A stretch of 57,139 nucleotides of DNA from Nitrospirota bacterium (GTDB taxonomy: Bacteria > Nitrospirota > Nitrospiria > SBBL01 > SBBA01), in contig JBBTIN010000043.1 in NCBI GenBank assembly GCA_038059935.1, positions 1 through 57,139 of the forward strand, in the 5' to 3' direction. Below are positions 44,464-53,915 of this stretch, one piece after another; within the stretch, counting starts at the first letter, position 1, and every line of letters begins with the position of its first letter. A model generated the notes under the pieces. The model saw only the letters and a list, made by a program, of their open reading frames with translations. It had not been told where the DNA came from and did not search any database. A program made the translations under genes and the position numbers.

Positions 44464-47190
44464 GTGGCGGATCAACCCACCAACACCTTAAAAGCAGTTC
44501 GAGAGAAAAAACTTCTCGAAATTAAATCCCGTTTGGAAAACGGGATTTTGGACGCAACGTTATCCGTTTTTAGTCCGCGTCCGACATTCGAATCCCTCAC
44601 CCGGCTCGCCGATGAGATCGTTGAAGCGCTCTATCAGGCGCAATTAAACGCCGCCTCTTCTTCTGATCGCTCACAGATTTTAGAGGGATTGGCCATTGTC
44701 GCGTTAGCCGGATATGGCCGATCCGAGCTTTCTCCCTACTCCGATTTAGACATCATGTTTTTATATAAGCCTTCTTGTCAGGTGGCTGCACAAGAGGCGT
44801 CTAAAGTGATCTTGCATCGTCTATGGGATATTGGCTTTTCTGTGGGGCATTCGATGCGAACGATAGACGACTGTCTGGCCCTTTCTCAATCGGACCCAAT
44901 CGTTCGAACGTCATTGCTAGAGCACCGATTGATTACGGGGAGTGGTGCCCTTTTTAAGCGCTTTTCCTTTCGATTTCATTATTCGATTGCCCTTTTTTGG
45001 TCGACAAAATCTTACATCGTTTCAAAAATCAAGGAACGACAGGAAGAGTGCGGCAAATACGGAACAACGGTTTATCTTTTGGAGCCCAATGTAAAATATA
45101 GTCCGGGGGGCTTGCGGGACATTCATCTGATTCGATGGCTATTGAGTTGTTGGCATCAAAGTGCTTCATTCAAAAAACTTTCAGCGTCTCACTTTTTGAG
45201 CGATGCAGATTCCAAGAGCCTTGCGAGTGCGCAAGATTTTCTTTGGCAGATTAGAAATGATCTTCATTTTGGCGCAAATCAGAGTCAGGATGTTTTGACG
45301 TTTGATGAACAAATTCGGCTGGCTTTGCGCTACCAATTTTGCGACAAGCCCTATCGTCTTGGTGTTGAGCAATTCATGTCAAAATATTATGACCACACAA
45401 CAGCCATTCGTGATATCACGCTGCCGATTCTTGAACAAATGACGCCTAAGCCTTTCGGGTCTTCCTTGAAGCATTTTTTCAAGCGTCCCATTGTGGAGGG
45501 AGATTTTCAATGGACGGAAGGTGAGATTTCGATTCGGGAGGCAGCTGTGCTTTCTGATCTTGCTGCCTTATTAAAACTATTTCATCTGGCACAAATTCAT
45601 CATTTGAAACTTTCTTCTGAAACACGGACGCAAATTAAGGGAGAGATGGAAAAACCGTTTTCCCTTTCTGCGCCATCAAAAATCGGCCTGCCGGAAAAAT
45701 CGGATGCACCCGCCATTTTTCTTGCGATTTTAGGGAGGGCGGGGCAAGTGACGGCGATTTTGCGCGAGATGCACCGTTTGCGACTGCTTGAACAGATTAT
45801 TCCCGCCTTTAGCAAGGCGCGTGCACTGATGCAGTTTAATGCCTATCATCAATATACCGTAGATGAGCATTCGTTTCGCGCGGTGGAAGCCGCGGAACAA
45901 TTATTGGATTCCAACACGCGCGAAGGGGAGGTCTATCGTGAAATTCAACAAAAAGAAATCCTGCATTTGGCCTTGCTGCTGCACGATATTGGAAAGGGAC
46001 AGGAGGGAGATCATTCGGAGGTGGGCGTTTATATCGCGAGCGTGACTGCCGATTATCTGGGATTAAAAACAGAAGAAAAAAGTCTTCTACTTTTTTTGGT
46101 AAAGCAGCATCTGTTGATGACCCATCTGGCCTTTCGGCGTGATCTTTCCGATCCAGAAACGATTATTCCATTTGTGAATACGGTGGGAACCGCACAAACG
46201 CTGAAGATGCTTTATATTCTGACCCTTTCCGATGTTGCGGCGGTTGGGGTGGAGGTGCTCACCGATTGGAAAAGAGCACTTTTATGGGAACTTTTTGAAA
46301 AGACGCGGCTGATGCTCACCGGAGAATACGCGATAGGTTCCGATCCGAAAATGCGCGTCCTGAAAATAAAAGAGGCCCTATTATTGGAAAGTCGTGTTAG
46401 CGATCGGCAATGGGTGAAAGACCAACTTGATTTTATTCCCGCGCGATTTTATCTTTCGGTCTCTTATGAAAAGATGTTGGAACATTTGGAGGCTGTCTAT
46501 GCACTCTCTTCCGAAAGCGTTCGGGTGACGGGAGAGCAGGATGCCTCCCATAAGATGACAGCGTATACGGTCTACGCAATGGAGACGCAAACGGAAGCGA
46601 TTTTTTCAAAAATTAGCGGGGTTATGGCCGCGAAGGGACTTCAAATTTTGGGAGCCACAATTATAACGTGGGAGAATCAGGTCGTTGTGGATACCTTCTG
46701 GGTGGAAGATCGTGATTACGCAGTGGGGCCGAATCCAGAACGGATTGAAGATGTCAGCCGCGCAATTTCGGATGTCCTTTTAGGGCATGTCCAAGTGGAA
46801 GCGCTCTTGATCCATGGACGAAGAAGGCCGCGTGTCGCGACGATCAGGCGGGTTCCCACACAGGTGGTCATTGACAATTTAAGTTCGGAGACGTTTACCA
46901 TATTGGAAGTTTTCGCGGACGATCGTCAGGGGCTTTTGTATTTTATTGCCAAGGCAATTTGTGAAGCGTCCTTATCGGTGCATACCGCGAAAATAACAAC
47001 GGAGCTCAATCAAATTGTAGATGTATTTTATGTTACGCAGATCAATGGCGGGAAGATTATCGTCCCGACCGAGGTTGAGCAGATCAAGGCACATTTGATT
47101 GGAACGATTGATCGTTTTTTAGAATATAGTCGCGTGCAAACGATGCCGCCTGTCTTGCCTTTTTCGGAGGGGGGCACAGATCATGGATAA
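44464..47190 (+). CDS. glnD: [protein-PII] uridylyltransferase / uridylyl-removing enzyme
   Basis: 908-aa ORF with a GTG start, a nucleotidyltransferase block (GGYGRSELSPYSDLDIMFLY), an HD domain (LLLHDIGKG) and two C-terminal ACT-like regions. Confidence 0.9.
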   Translation: MADQPTNTLKAVREKKLLEIKSRLENGILDATLSVFSPRPTFESLTRLADEIVEALYQAQLNAASSSDRSQILEGLAIVALAGYGRSELSPYSDLDIMFLYKPSCQVAAQEASKVILHRLWDIGFSVGHSMRTIDDCLALSQSDPIVRTSLLEHRLITGSGALFKRFSFRFHYSIALFWSTKSYIVSKIKERQEECGKYGTTVYLLEPNVKYSPGGLRDIHLIRWLLSCWHQSASFKKLSASHFLSDADSKSLASAQDFLWQIRNDLHFGANQSQDVLTFDEQIRLALRYQFCDKPYRLGVEQFMSKYYDHTTAIRDITLPILEQMTPKPFGSSLKHFFKRPIVEGDFQWTEGEISIREAAVLSDLAALLKLFHLAQIHHLKLSSETRTQIKGEMEKPFSLSAPSKIGLPEKSDAPAIFLAILGRAGQVTAILREMHRLRLLEQIIPAFSKARALMQFNAYHQYTVDEHSFRAVEAAEQLLDSNTREGEVYREIQQKEILHLALLLHDIGKGQEGDHSEVGVYIASVTADYLGLKTEEKSLLLFLVKQHLLMTHLAFRRDLSDPETIIPFVNTVGTAQTLKMLYILTLSDVAAVGVEVLTDWKRALLWELFEKTRLMLTGEYAIGSDPKMRVLKIKEALLLESRVSDRQWVKDQLDFIPARFYLSVSYEKMLEHLEAVYALSSESVRVTGEQDASHKMTAYTVYAMETQTEAIFSKISGVMAAKGLQILGATIITWENQVVVDTFWVEDRDYAVGPNPERIEDVSRAISDVLLGHVQVEALLIHGRRRPRVATIRRVPTQVVIDNLSSETFTILEVFADDRQGLLYFIAKAICEASLSVHTAKITTELNQIVDVFYVTQINGGKIIVPTEVEQIKAHLIGTIDRFLEYSRVQTMPPVLPFSEGGTDHG

Positions 47191-48454
47191 GCGGTTAATC
47201 TATTTTTTCTATTCTCTCATTCAGGCCATTCTTTTTTTTCTCTTTCTGATTTTTTCTCGGACGCGCCGATCTCACTTTGCGTCCATTCGCAGTCGAATGG
47301 GTTTTTTTATTTTTCCCAAGATGCGCCGACCGATTTGGATTCATGCTGTTTCCGTCGGAGAGGTCTTGTCGGTGAAACGGCTGATTTCTCGGATTCGGCA
47401 GGAATTCCCAGACGAACCGATTGTCTTGTCCACGATTACGCCGACGGGGCAGCAAGTGGTCAGGAGCCCCGATTATCAGACCGATGCCCTTCTTTTTTTT
47501 CCTTTTGATATTGGTTTTTGTGTGAATCGTTTTTTAAATTGCGTCAATCCGCGAATGATTGTCATTGCTGAGACTGAGATTTGGCCTCATTTTTTACGTG
47601 CATGTCGGCTTCGAAACATTCCGGTTCTTTGGGTTAACGGAAGGATTTCAGATCAATCGTATCCGCGTTATTTATGGATTCGAGGTCTTTTGAAACGGGT
47701 ATTAAATCGGTATACGGTGATTGGTATGCAAACCGATGTAGATCGGCAGCGGGTGATTGCATTGGGGGCCGATCCAAAAAAGGTATTGGTCATGGGCAAT
47801 TTCAAGTATGACATGCCCTTTTTGCCCGTGACGCTTGATCCAAAACTCTCTGCGATACTGAGTGCATCCGATCCATTGTGGATTGCCGCTTCGACGATGC
47901 CCTCTGAAGAGATGATGATATTGGATGCCTATCGCAAACTGATCGTGCGACATCCAAGTTTGCGTTTGTTGATTGCGCCCAGGCACCCGGAGCGATTTGA
48001 CGAGGTCCTGTCGCTCATCAAAAAGAGCGGTTTTTCGTTTGCGCGTCGGAGCAATCTTCAGGGGGCTTGTCAGGTCATTCTCTTGGATTCTTTGGGAGAG
48101 TTGGCGGCCACTTTTTCGTTTGCGCGTGTTGTCTTTGTCGGCGGATCACTTGTTCCGTGTGGCGGTCACAACATATTGGAGCCGGCTTTTTTTTCAAAGC
48201 CGATTTTATTTGGTCCGCACATGGAAAATTTTTTAGAAATATCAGAGCGTTTTTTGCGAGAGAAGGCGGCCATTGTTGTTGGCTCACCCGAAGCGTTGAT
48301 TTCGGAGATGGATCGCGTTCTGTCTGAGAAGGCGTTGGCTTCTCAATTGGGAGAGAATGCGAGAAAGATTGTGGGTGAAAATCAAGGAGCGACCGAGAAA
48401 ACCGTTTCGTTGATTCGTGTGCAGATGGGGGGTGCGCCCCCCGGCGGAGAGTGA
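47183..48454 (+). CDS. waaA: 3-deoxy-D-manno-octulosonic acid (Kdo) transferase
   Basis: 423-aa ORF with an N-terminal TM segment and IWIHAVSVGE, then a GT-B C-terminal half (FVGGSLVPCGGHNILEPA). Overlaps the glnD stop by 8 nt. Confidence 0.88.
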   Translation: MDKRLIYFFYSLIQAILFFLFLIFSRTRRSHFASIRSRMGFFIFPKMRRPIWIHAVSVGEVLSVKRLISRIRQEFPDEPIVLSTITPTGQQVVRSPDYQTDALLFFPFDIGFCVNRFLNCVNPRMIVIAETEIWPHFLRACRLRNIPVLWVNGRISDQSYPRYLWIRGLLKRVLNRYTVIGMQTDVDRQRVIALGADPKKVLVMGNFKYDMPFLPVTLDPKLSAILSASDPLWIAASTMPSEEMMILDAYRKLIVRHPSLRLLIAPRHPERFDEVLSLIKKSGFSFARRSNLQGACQVILLDSLGELAATFSFARVVFVGGSLVPCGGHNILEPAFFSKPILFGPHMENFLEISERFLREKAAIVVGSPEALISEMDRVLSEKALASQLGENARKIVGENQGATEKTVSLIRVQMGGAPPGGE

Positions 48455-48460
48455 CAGCTT

Positions 48461-48515
48461 CCCGTTGGTCGCTGTGAAAGACAATACGGTTACAAGGGGG
48501 ACAGCGACCAGCGGG
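48461..48515. repeat. REP-related hairpin (copy D) between the convergent waaA and hicA
   Basis: CCCGTTGGTCGCTGT (48461-48475) pairs with ACAGCGACCAGCGGG (48501-48515), giving 15 bp with one G-T pair and a 25-nt loop. It reuses the CCCGTTGGTCGC module of the REP family. Confidence 0.7.
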
Positions 48516-48565
48516 GCAGCGCATCCTGTGCGCGTCCGTGTTCAGCATTTTTTGGGGATTACTGG

Positions 48566-48778
48566 CTATAAGTCTTCTGGGCGAAGGCCTGATCCTTTTG
48601 CAATGCGAGATAGCATCTTTGGGCCAATCTCGTCACCGTCATGGAACGCAAAAATGAGATCTGGACAGCCGTCGCGTGAAAGTGTCTTGTGGGAGCCACT
48701 CTGACGCTTAATACGCCAACCTATTCGGAGAATAGCCGCAAGCACGTGTTTGGCCTTTGCGGAAGACCAGTTACTCAT
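48566..48778 (-). CDS. hicA: HicA-family mRNA interferase toxin
   Basis: 70-aa ORF with the HicA/YcfA block GWRIKRQSGSHKTL. Confidence 0.85.
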   Translation of the reverse strand: MSNWSSAKAKHVLAAILRIGWRIKRQSGSHKTLSRDGCPDLIFAFHDGDEIGPKMLSRIAKGSGLRPEDL

Positions 48779-48993
48779 GCAACAGCAAGCGCGATTCTAA
48801 TTGCCTGCGGCGGACTCTCACTGTGTTCGAGGCGATCAGCAATGACTCGAAGAGCAAGCACCTCAGCCTTCGACAGGGCTTCGTCACGAGTCGCCCCATA
48901 GGCAAGGACACCCGGAAGTTCAGGAACTTCTGCTAACCATCGGCCATCTACCTCCTGCTCAAATTCTAAAGTGAAATCCATAGCGTTCTCCAA
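48775..48993 (-). CDS. hicB: HicB-like antitoxin (short form, no obvious DNA-binding domain)
   Basis: 72-aa ORF with the HicB N-terminal fold signature (EQEVDGRWLAEVPELPGVLAYGATRDEAL). 4-nt overlap with hicA. Confidence 0.75.
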   Translation of the reverse strand: MENAMDFTLEFEQEVDGRWLAEVPELPGVLAYGATRDEALSKAEVLALRVIADRLEHSESPPQAIRIALAVA

Positions 48994-49156
48994 AGCGATG
49001 CTTTATTCTATATGTCCCGCCCCGATGATGTCCAATATCATTATTGCAAGACCCCATTTTTGCCATTGATCCGCGGGCTAGGCGCGAGCTTTGCGACTGT
49101 CCGAGTTTATGCGATTGTTAGCGCGAAATCTTCGACGCCTGCAAGAAGTTGGCATG

Positions 49157-49196
49157 GACTGCGGAGCAGTCGTCCTCGCCCCCGCCCGTCGGCGGG
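49157..49196 (-). repeat. REP-like element, copy E (partial: two hairpin modules)
   Basis: On the minus strand it follows the acs stop directly, with hairpins CCCGCC-gacg-GGCGGG and GACTGC-tcc-GCAGTC. The CCCGTTGGTCGCGG module is absent. Confidence 0.75.
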
Positions 49197-51146
49197 CTAG
49201 TCTTCGTCTTGGCGGAGTTTTGCCAGTACCGTGTAATCTTCCAGTGTCGTCGTATCCCCAGCCGTTTCGCGTCCCGCGGCAATATCCCGCAAAAGCCTTC
49301 GCATGATCTTACCACTTCGCGTCTTCGGAAGATTCTCGGCAAACCGAATCTCATCGGGACGCGCAATCTGTCCAATCTCCTTGGACACATGGGCTTTTAA
49401 CGCATCTTTTAATTTGTCGGACGGATCATTTCCCAACTCCAGCGTGACAAAAGCGACAATCCCTGTTCCCTTGATCTCGTCCGGACGGCCAACGACAGCC
49501 GCCTCCGCAACGGTTTTGTGGGAGACCAAGGCCGACTCGATTTCCATTGTGCCCAAGCGGTGTCCTGCGACATTGATCACATCATCCACGCGTCCCATGA
49601 TCCAAAAATAGCCGTCCTTGTCGCGCCGCGCGCCATCGCCCGTGAAATAAAATCCCGGAATGTCAGACCAGTATTGCTTTTTGTATCGTTCTGGATCGCC
49701 CCAAACGCCGCGCAGCATGGAGGGCCACGGCTTTTTAATCACGAGATAGCCGCCGGTATTGGCGGGTACCGATTTTCCATTTCGATCCACCACATCGGCC
49801 GATATGCCCGGAAACGGAAGCGTCGCTGACCCCGGTTTTGTGGCAATGGCCCCCGGCAACGGAGAGATCATAATCGAGCCGGTCTCGGTCTGCCACCAGG
49901 TATCCACAATCGGACATTTCTTTTTCCCAATCACCTCGTGATACCACATCCACGCCTCTGGATTGATCGGTTCTCCCACCGTTCCGAGTAGTCGTAACGA
50001 AGAAAGATCGTGACGCAACGGCCATTCCTTTCCGAGTTTGATCAACGCGCGAATCGCGGTCGGTGCGGTATAGAAAATATTGATGTGATGCTTTTCGATA
50101 ATCTCCCAAAGACGATCCGGCTGTGGATAGGTCGGAACGCCTTCATACATCACGCTGGTCACGCCATTGGCGAGAATGCCATAGAGCATATAAGAATGGC
50201 CGGTGACCCAGCCGATGTCGGCAGTGCACCAATAGGTGTCGGTCTCTTTGAGATCAAAAATCCAACGCGCGGTCATCATTGCGCCGAGCAAATAGCCGCC
50301 GGTGGAATGAACGACCCCTTTGGGCTTGCCGGTGGTGCCGCTGGTATAGAGCGTGAAAAGTGGATGTTCGGAATCCAATGCCGCAGGAGGACATTTGTCG
50401 GACGCGCCTTTCATCAGATCGTGCCACCAGAAGTCACGGCCTTCTTTCATGATCACCTCGGTGTTCGTTCGCTTCACGACAACGGTTGCGCAAACGGACG
50501 GGGTTTCTTTCAACGCTTCGTCTACCTTTTCTTTTAGTGTAACGACGGCTCCTTTTCGGAATCCGCCATCGGCGGTCACGACTAATTTAGACCCTGCGTC
50601 GTTGATTCGATCTTTCAATGCCGATGCGGAAAAGCCGCCAAAGATGACGGAGTGGGTTGCGCCGATTCGGGCACAAGCGAGCATTGCGATGGGCAATTCT
50701 GGAATCATGGGAAGATAGATTGCAACGCGATCCCCTTTGACGATGCCTTGTCCCTTTAAGACATTGGCGAATTTGCAAACCTCACGATGCAGATCGTGGT
50801 AGGTGAGTGTGCGGGAATCGCCCGGCTCTCCTTCCCAGATAATAGCGGCTTTGTTTTTTCGGAAGGTATCAAGGTGCCGATCCAGACAGTTTGTTGAGAC
50901 ATTGATTTTTCCGCCGACAAACCATTTTGCGTCAGGCAATTTCCACGAGAGGACTTTCTTCCACGGTTTTGCCCAAGTGAGTTCTTTGGCCAATTCTGCC
51001 CAAAAGCCTTCTGGGTTTTTATCGGCCTTTTTACAAAGGCGGTCATATTCGGCGCGGCTTTTGATTGCGGCCTGCGAAGAAAAATCTTGATTGGGTTTGA
51101 ATAATCGTCGTTCATTTAGTACAGAGGTGATTGAATCGGGATCCAT
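49197..51146 (-). CDS. acs: acetyl-CoA synthetase
   Basis: 649-aa ORF with [35 protein letters not shown] and [12 protein letters not shown]. Confidence 0.96.
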   Translation of the reverse strand: MDPDSITSVLNERRLFKPNQDFSSQAAIKSRAEYDRLCKKADKNPEGFWAELAKELTWAKPWKKVLSWKLPDAKWFVGGKINVSTNCLDRHLDTFRKNKAAIIWEGEPGDSRTLTYHDLHREVCKFANVLKGQGIVKGDRVAIYLPMIPELPIAMLACARIGATHSVIFGGFSASALKDRINDAGSKLVVTADGGFRKGAVVTLKEKVDEALKETPSVCATVVVKRTNTEVIMKEGRDFWWHDLMKGASDKCPPAALDSEHPLFTLYTSGTTGKPKGVVHSTGGYLLGAMMTARWIFDLKETDTYWCTADIGWVTGHSYMLYGILANGVTSVMYEGVPTYPQPDRLWEIIEKHHINIFYTAPTAIRALIKLGKEWPLRHDLSSLRLLGTVGEPINPEAWMWYHEVIGKKKCPIVDTWWQTETGSIMISPLPGAIATKPGSATLPFPGISADVVDRNGKSVPANTGGYLVIKKPWPSMLRGVWGDPERYKKQYWSDIPGFYFTGDGARRDKDGYFWIMGRVDDVINVAGHRLGTMEIESALVSHKTVAEAAVVGRPDEIKGTGIVAFVTLELGNDPSDKLKDALKAHVSKEIGQIARPDEIRFAENLPKTRSGKIMRRLLRDIAAGRETAGDTTTLEDYTVLAKLRQDED

Positions 51147-51252
51147 TGTATGTCTCCTTATTGGTTTTTGGGGTGGTTCTGAAGTTTCGGTAGCCTACAT
51201 CTAAAGCGGAATGAAAATCAAATGCGAAAGGTTTGCGTGAGGCCATTTTTCC

Positions 51253-51726
51253 CTACGAGCCGCTCCGATTCGCCGGGATGTTTTTCAGTACCTCTTCTAA
51301 CGCCTCTTTTAATTCCGGGATCTGGGGCAGATTATTTTGAATGGCCCCGATAATATTTTGTAGTCGCGCCTTTTTTTGCATCTCACGATCCATGGCAACC
51401 CATTGATCGAGTTGGTCAAAGGCCTCTTTCCAAAATCGAATAAGATCGGGTCTGGCCAAAAAAAGCAGTCGGATTAAATCGGCAGGTTGCGGATTTGGGG
51501 AGGGGGTGGCAATGAATGTGCCGTCCGAGAAAATGACCATCCCCATCTGGCCCGTTTCAAAAGAGACGACCTTTTCAATTGTTTTTCCTATTGCCGATTC
51601 CCATTCGACTAAACGGCCCGGAAACGCCTTTGCAAAGGCGACCTTGCCCATATTGGTTTGCCATTTTTTTTCTACAAATGGATTTGACATCGGTACTTTA
51701 TTGAGGAATAGGGAAAAGCCCCCCAA
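51253..51726 (-). CDS. hypothetical protein
   Basis: 157-aa ORF upstream of acs on the same strand. The start is uncertain (TTG 51726, ATG 51690 or ATG 51651, none with a clear SD). I recognise no family. Confidence 0.4.
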   Translation of the reverse strand: MGGFSLFLNKVPMSNPFVEKKWQTNMGKVAFAKAFPGRLVEWESAIGKTIEKVVSFETGQMGMVIFSDGTFIATPSPNPQPADLIRLLFLARPDLIRFWKEAFDQLDQWVAMDREMQKKARLQNIIGAIQNNLPQIPELKEALEEVLKNIPANRSGS

Positions 51727-51787
51727 CGCAGCATCCCCTTAACGGGCCTAAAAGCCGTCACGAGCGGCCCGAATGCAAGGGCTACTA

Positions 51788-51842
51788 CGCGGAGGAACCG
51801 CAATGTATGCAGTCAGTATACATGAGGATTCCGAGCACCGCG
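51788..51842 (+). other. extended imperfect hairpin in a GC-rich intergenic block
   Basis: CGCGG-a-GGAA-ccgca-ATGTAT-[gcagtcagt]-ATACAT-gagga-TTCC-gagca-CCGCG. Confidence 0.5.
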
Positions 51843-51865
51843 CAACGCAGCCGTTGGTCGGGACG

Positions 51866-51894
51866 CCGACTGCGGGGTCGCGCAGTCGGTTTTT
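51866..51894 (+). terminator. intrinsic terminator, plus strand
   Basis: 9-bp stem CCGACTGCG / CGCAGTCGG, 6-nt loop, followed by TTTTT. No annotated plus-strand gene ends here. Confidence 0.6.
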
Positions 51895-52150
51895 AGAGGT
51901 GCCCTAACGAAAGAAAGGCCTCTTCCTTTTCTGTACGCAGCCGCATTATAACATGTGAAATACAGGGTTGTCTGTGTGAATGGCATCATGATGTTAGCCC
52001 GACTTTTGCAACTGACGCCTGCGGAAAAATATTTTTATTTTACTCGGATTTGAAACCGATTGAAAAACAAAGGTTCTGATTTTCAAGAGGGATGAAAACG
52101 ACCCGAAACCGTTTGTAGTAGCGCCCATTACTTCCTCTCTGATTTTACTG

Positions 52151-52159
52151 TGGTAGAAT
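52151..52159 (+). promoter_or_regulatory. candidate extended -10 promoter giving a leaderless ATPase mRNA
   Basis: TGGTAGAAT (TGn + TAGAAT) ends 5 nt before ATG 52165. There is no SD between them. Confidence 0.45.
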
Positions 52160-52164
52160 GAGTT

Positions 52165-53040
52165 ATGTTCATCACACCGTTCACTCTCTGCCCCGCCACC
52201 GGGGACGCGTTCATCGGTCGCCAACAGCTCGCCAGGAACATGCGTAGGCGCATCGAGCGAGGCGAGTCTCTGGCGGTAATCGGAGGGCCGAAACTAGGCA
52301 AGACCTCCCTGGTTAGAACCGCTTTGCAAGGGTTGACTGACCGCACGGTATTCGAGATAGACGTTGGCGCTGATCCTTCTCCACAAATCAACGCGGATCT
52401 TGGCTCGATCGTCGTCCTGGATAATTTAGATAGAGCCCCTGACTTAGCAATCGAATCGCTGCTTACGTGGGCGATGGCTGCAAAACCGGCCAGCATCGTC
52501 GTGACCGGCAGTCGCCGATTGCAAATAATGCTCACCGGAATTTTGGCGGGTTGGCCCTTCCGAATGTTCCCGCTGTCAGTCCTTCTCGATGGAGAGACGC
52601 GACAGTTGATCGGCTTAGACCCAAGCGCTGCCCTGGCCGAGTGGACCGGGAACCATCCTTATCTGACCAAGCTGCTTCTCCATTATATGCACTCGAGCGG
52701 AGAAGAGAACCACCGAACCCTGGAGGAGGCCATTGCGATGGGGCGATCTCAGTGGGAACCCTTTGTTGAACGCCTGGCTGCCGAGATCGGCGAAGGCCCA
52801 GAGTGGCAGCTTCTATGTTACCTTGTCGAAAGTGGCAAACCGGTGAATCCCACCCTGGCCCAGTCCGACACCGGCATACGAGGCATTAAGACGGTTACGG
52901 ACACGCTCTCCTACCTGGGCGTCATAAGCCGCTGGATTCGGAGCGAGGAGGCGACGCTCTTCGCCGGGTGTCGGCTGCTCAACGACTTCATCCGGCTTAG
53001 GAATGAAGCGGGCACTCATACCCTGTTAAACTGTCAATGA
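52165..53040 (+). CDS. orphan P-loop NTPase (archaeal-ATPase/ORC-like, with a probable C-terminal winged helix)
   Basis: 291-aa ORF with an N-terminal FIGRQQL, Walker A GGPKLGKTS and Walker B-like IVVLDNLD. By eye, the gene is more GC-rich than its neighbours. Confidence 0.65.
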   Translation: MFITPFTLCPATGDAFIGRQQLARNMRRRIERGESLAVIGGPKLGKTSLVRTALQGLTDRTVFEIDVGADPSPQINADLGSIVVLDNLDRAPDLAIESLLTWAMAAKPASIVVTGSRRLQIMLTGILAGWPFRMFPLSVLLDGETRQLIGLDPSAALAEWTGNHPYLTKLLLHYMHSSGEENHRTLEEAIAMGRSQWEPFVERLAAEIGEGPEWQLLCYLVESGKPVNPTLAQSDTGIRGIKTVTDTLSYLGVISRWIRSEEATLFAGCRLLNDFIRLRNEAGTHTLLNCQ

Positions 53041-53056
53041 AGTAGAGAACGATTCA

Positions 53057-53866
53057 ATGCCGGACATAAAAAATATCCCTTATTTATTAAAGCTCTTAGA
53101 GGATGATTCGCCATCCGTGCAGAGATCGGTATTCAAAGAGCTCCTTCGCTTCGGCCCTCACCTGGAAAATGGACTGGCAGCATTACCGACACCCCCTTCT
53201 TCCCATCAACATCAAAGGCTGCAAAAAGTCTTTGAGGAACTTGCCCGTTATCAATTAAAAGAAGCCTGGGTCTCATGGTTGGATGAAAAAGAGGAGATGG
53301 AAAAGCTGGAGAAGGCACTAACCCTATTGGCCAAGTTCCAAGATCGAAAGGCGAAGAAGCTCTCCTTTCTTCTAGATGAACTCTCAAATGATTACTTAAA
53401 ACATTACGACAAAAGGGACGCTTCTTTACTTGCCCAGTATCTTTTTGGGCCAGGCCGCCTTGAGGGCGCAAAAGAGGACTATTACGACCCCAAAAATAGT
53501 AATTTAGTCTACGTGATAGAAACAAAAAGGGGACTGCCTATAAGCCTTGCCTGCATTTTCATGCTTACCGGGAAGCGGCTTTATCTTACAATAGGAGGCT
53601 ATAATTTCCCCCAGCATTTTTTTGCATGGATTGTTGCCGGCGATCAGAAGGTATTGGTGGACTGTTTCAATAGCGGACAGCTTATTGAGGAAAAATGGTT
53701 TTTAGATAAGGTGGCTCATGGCCTTACGCTTAAGAATTTACACGACATGAATGCCGATGCTACGATGATTGTGGGTCGGGTTCTACGGAATCTTGTGGTG
53801 GCTTACGATAAAACGGGACAAAAGGAAAACAGCGCGTTGATGAAAGATCTCATAAAGGCGATATGA
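53057..53866 (+). CDS. SirB1/transglutaminase-like family protein
   Basis: 269-aa ORF with a HEAT-like N-terminus and the block DYYDPKNSNLVYVIETKRGLPISLACIFMLTGKRL...GYNFPQHFF, typical of SirB1-type transglutaminase-like proteins. Confidence 0.6.
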   Translation: MPDIKNIPYLLKLLEDDSPSVQRSVFKELLRFGPHLENGLAALPTPPSSHQHQRLQKVFEELARYQLKEAWVSWLDEKEEMEKLEKALTLLAKFQDRKAKKLSFLLDELSNDYLKHYDKRDASLLAQYLFGPGRLEGAKEDYYDPKNSNLVYVIETKRGLPISLACIFMLTGKRLYLTIGGYNFPQHFFAWIVAGDQKVLVDCFNSGQLIEEKWFLDKVAHGLTLKNLHDMNADATMIVGRVLRNLVVAYDKTGQKENSALMKDLIKAI

Positions 53867-53915
53867 GGCGACAGGGAAGTTCAAGAAGGAAATATTTAAA
53901 ATCAGGAGGTGTCTA

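Noticed and set aside
49150-49164. TGGCATGGACTGCGG resembles a sigma-54 -24 box
   Set aside because: The GC dinucleotide is 2 nt out of register for a -24/-12 promoter. The sequence is part of REP copy E, and no plus-strand gene lies downstream.
51788-51842. The long hairpin plus flanking repeats as a retron msr/msd-type ncRNA
   Set aside because: No reverse transcriptase gene is anywhere in the window. The flanking sequence shares modules with the REP family instead.
51981-51998. TGGCATCATGATGTTAGC, upstream of the ATPase gene, as a sigma-54 promoter
   Set aside because: There is no GC at the required 10-nt spacing from the GG. A better extended -10 element lies next to the ATG.
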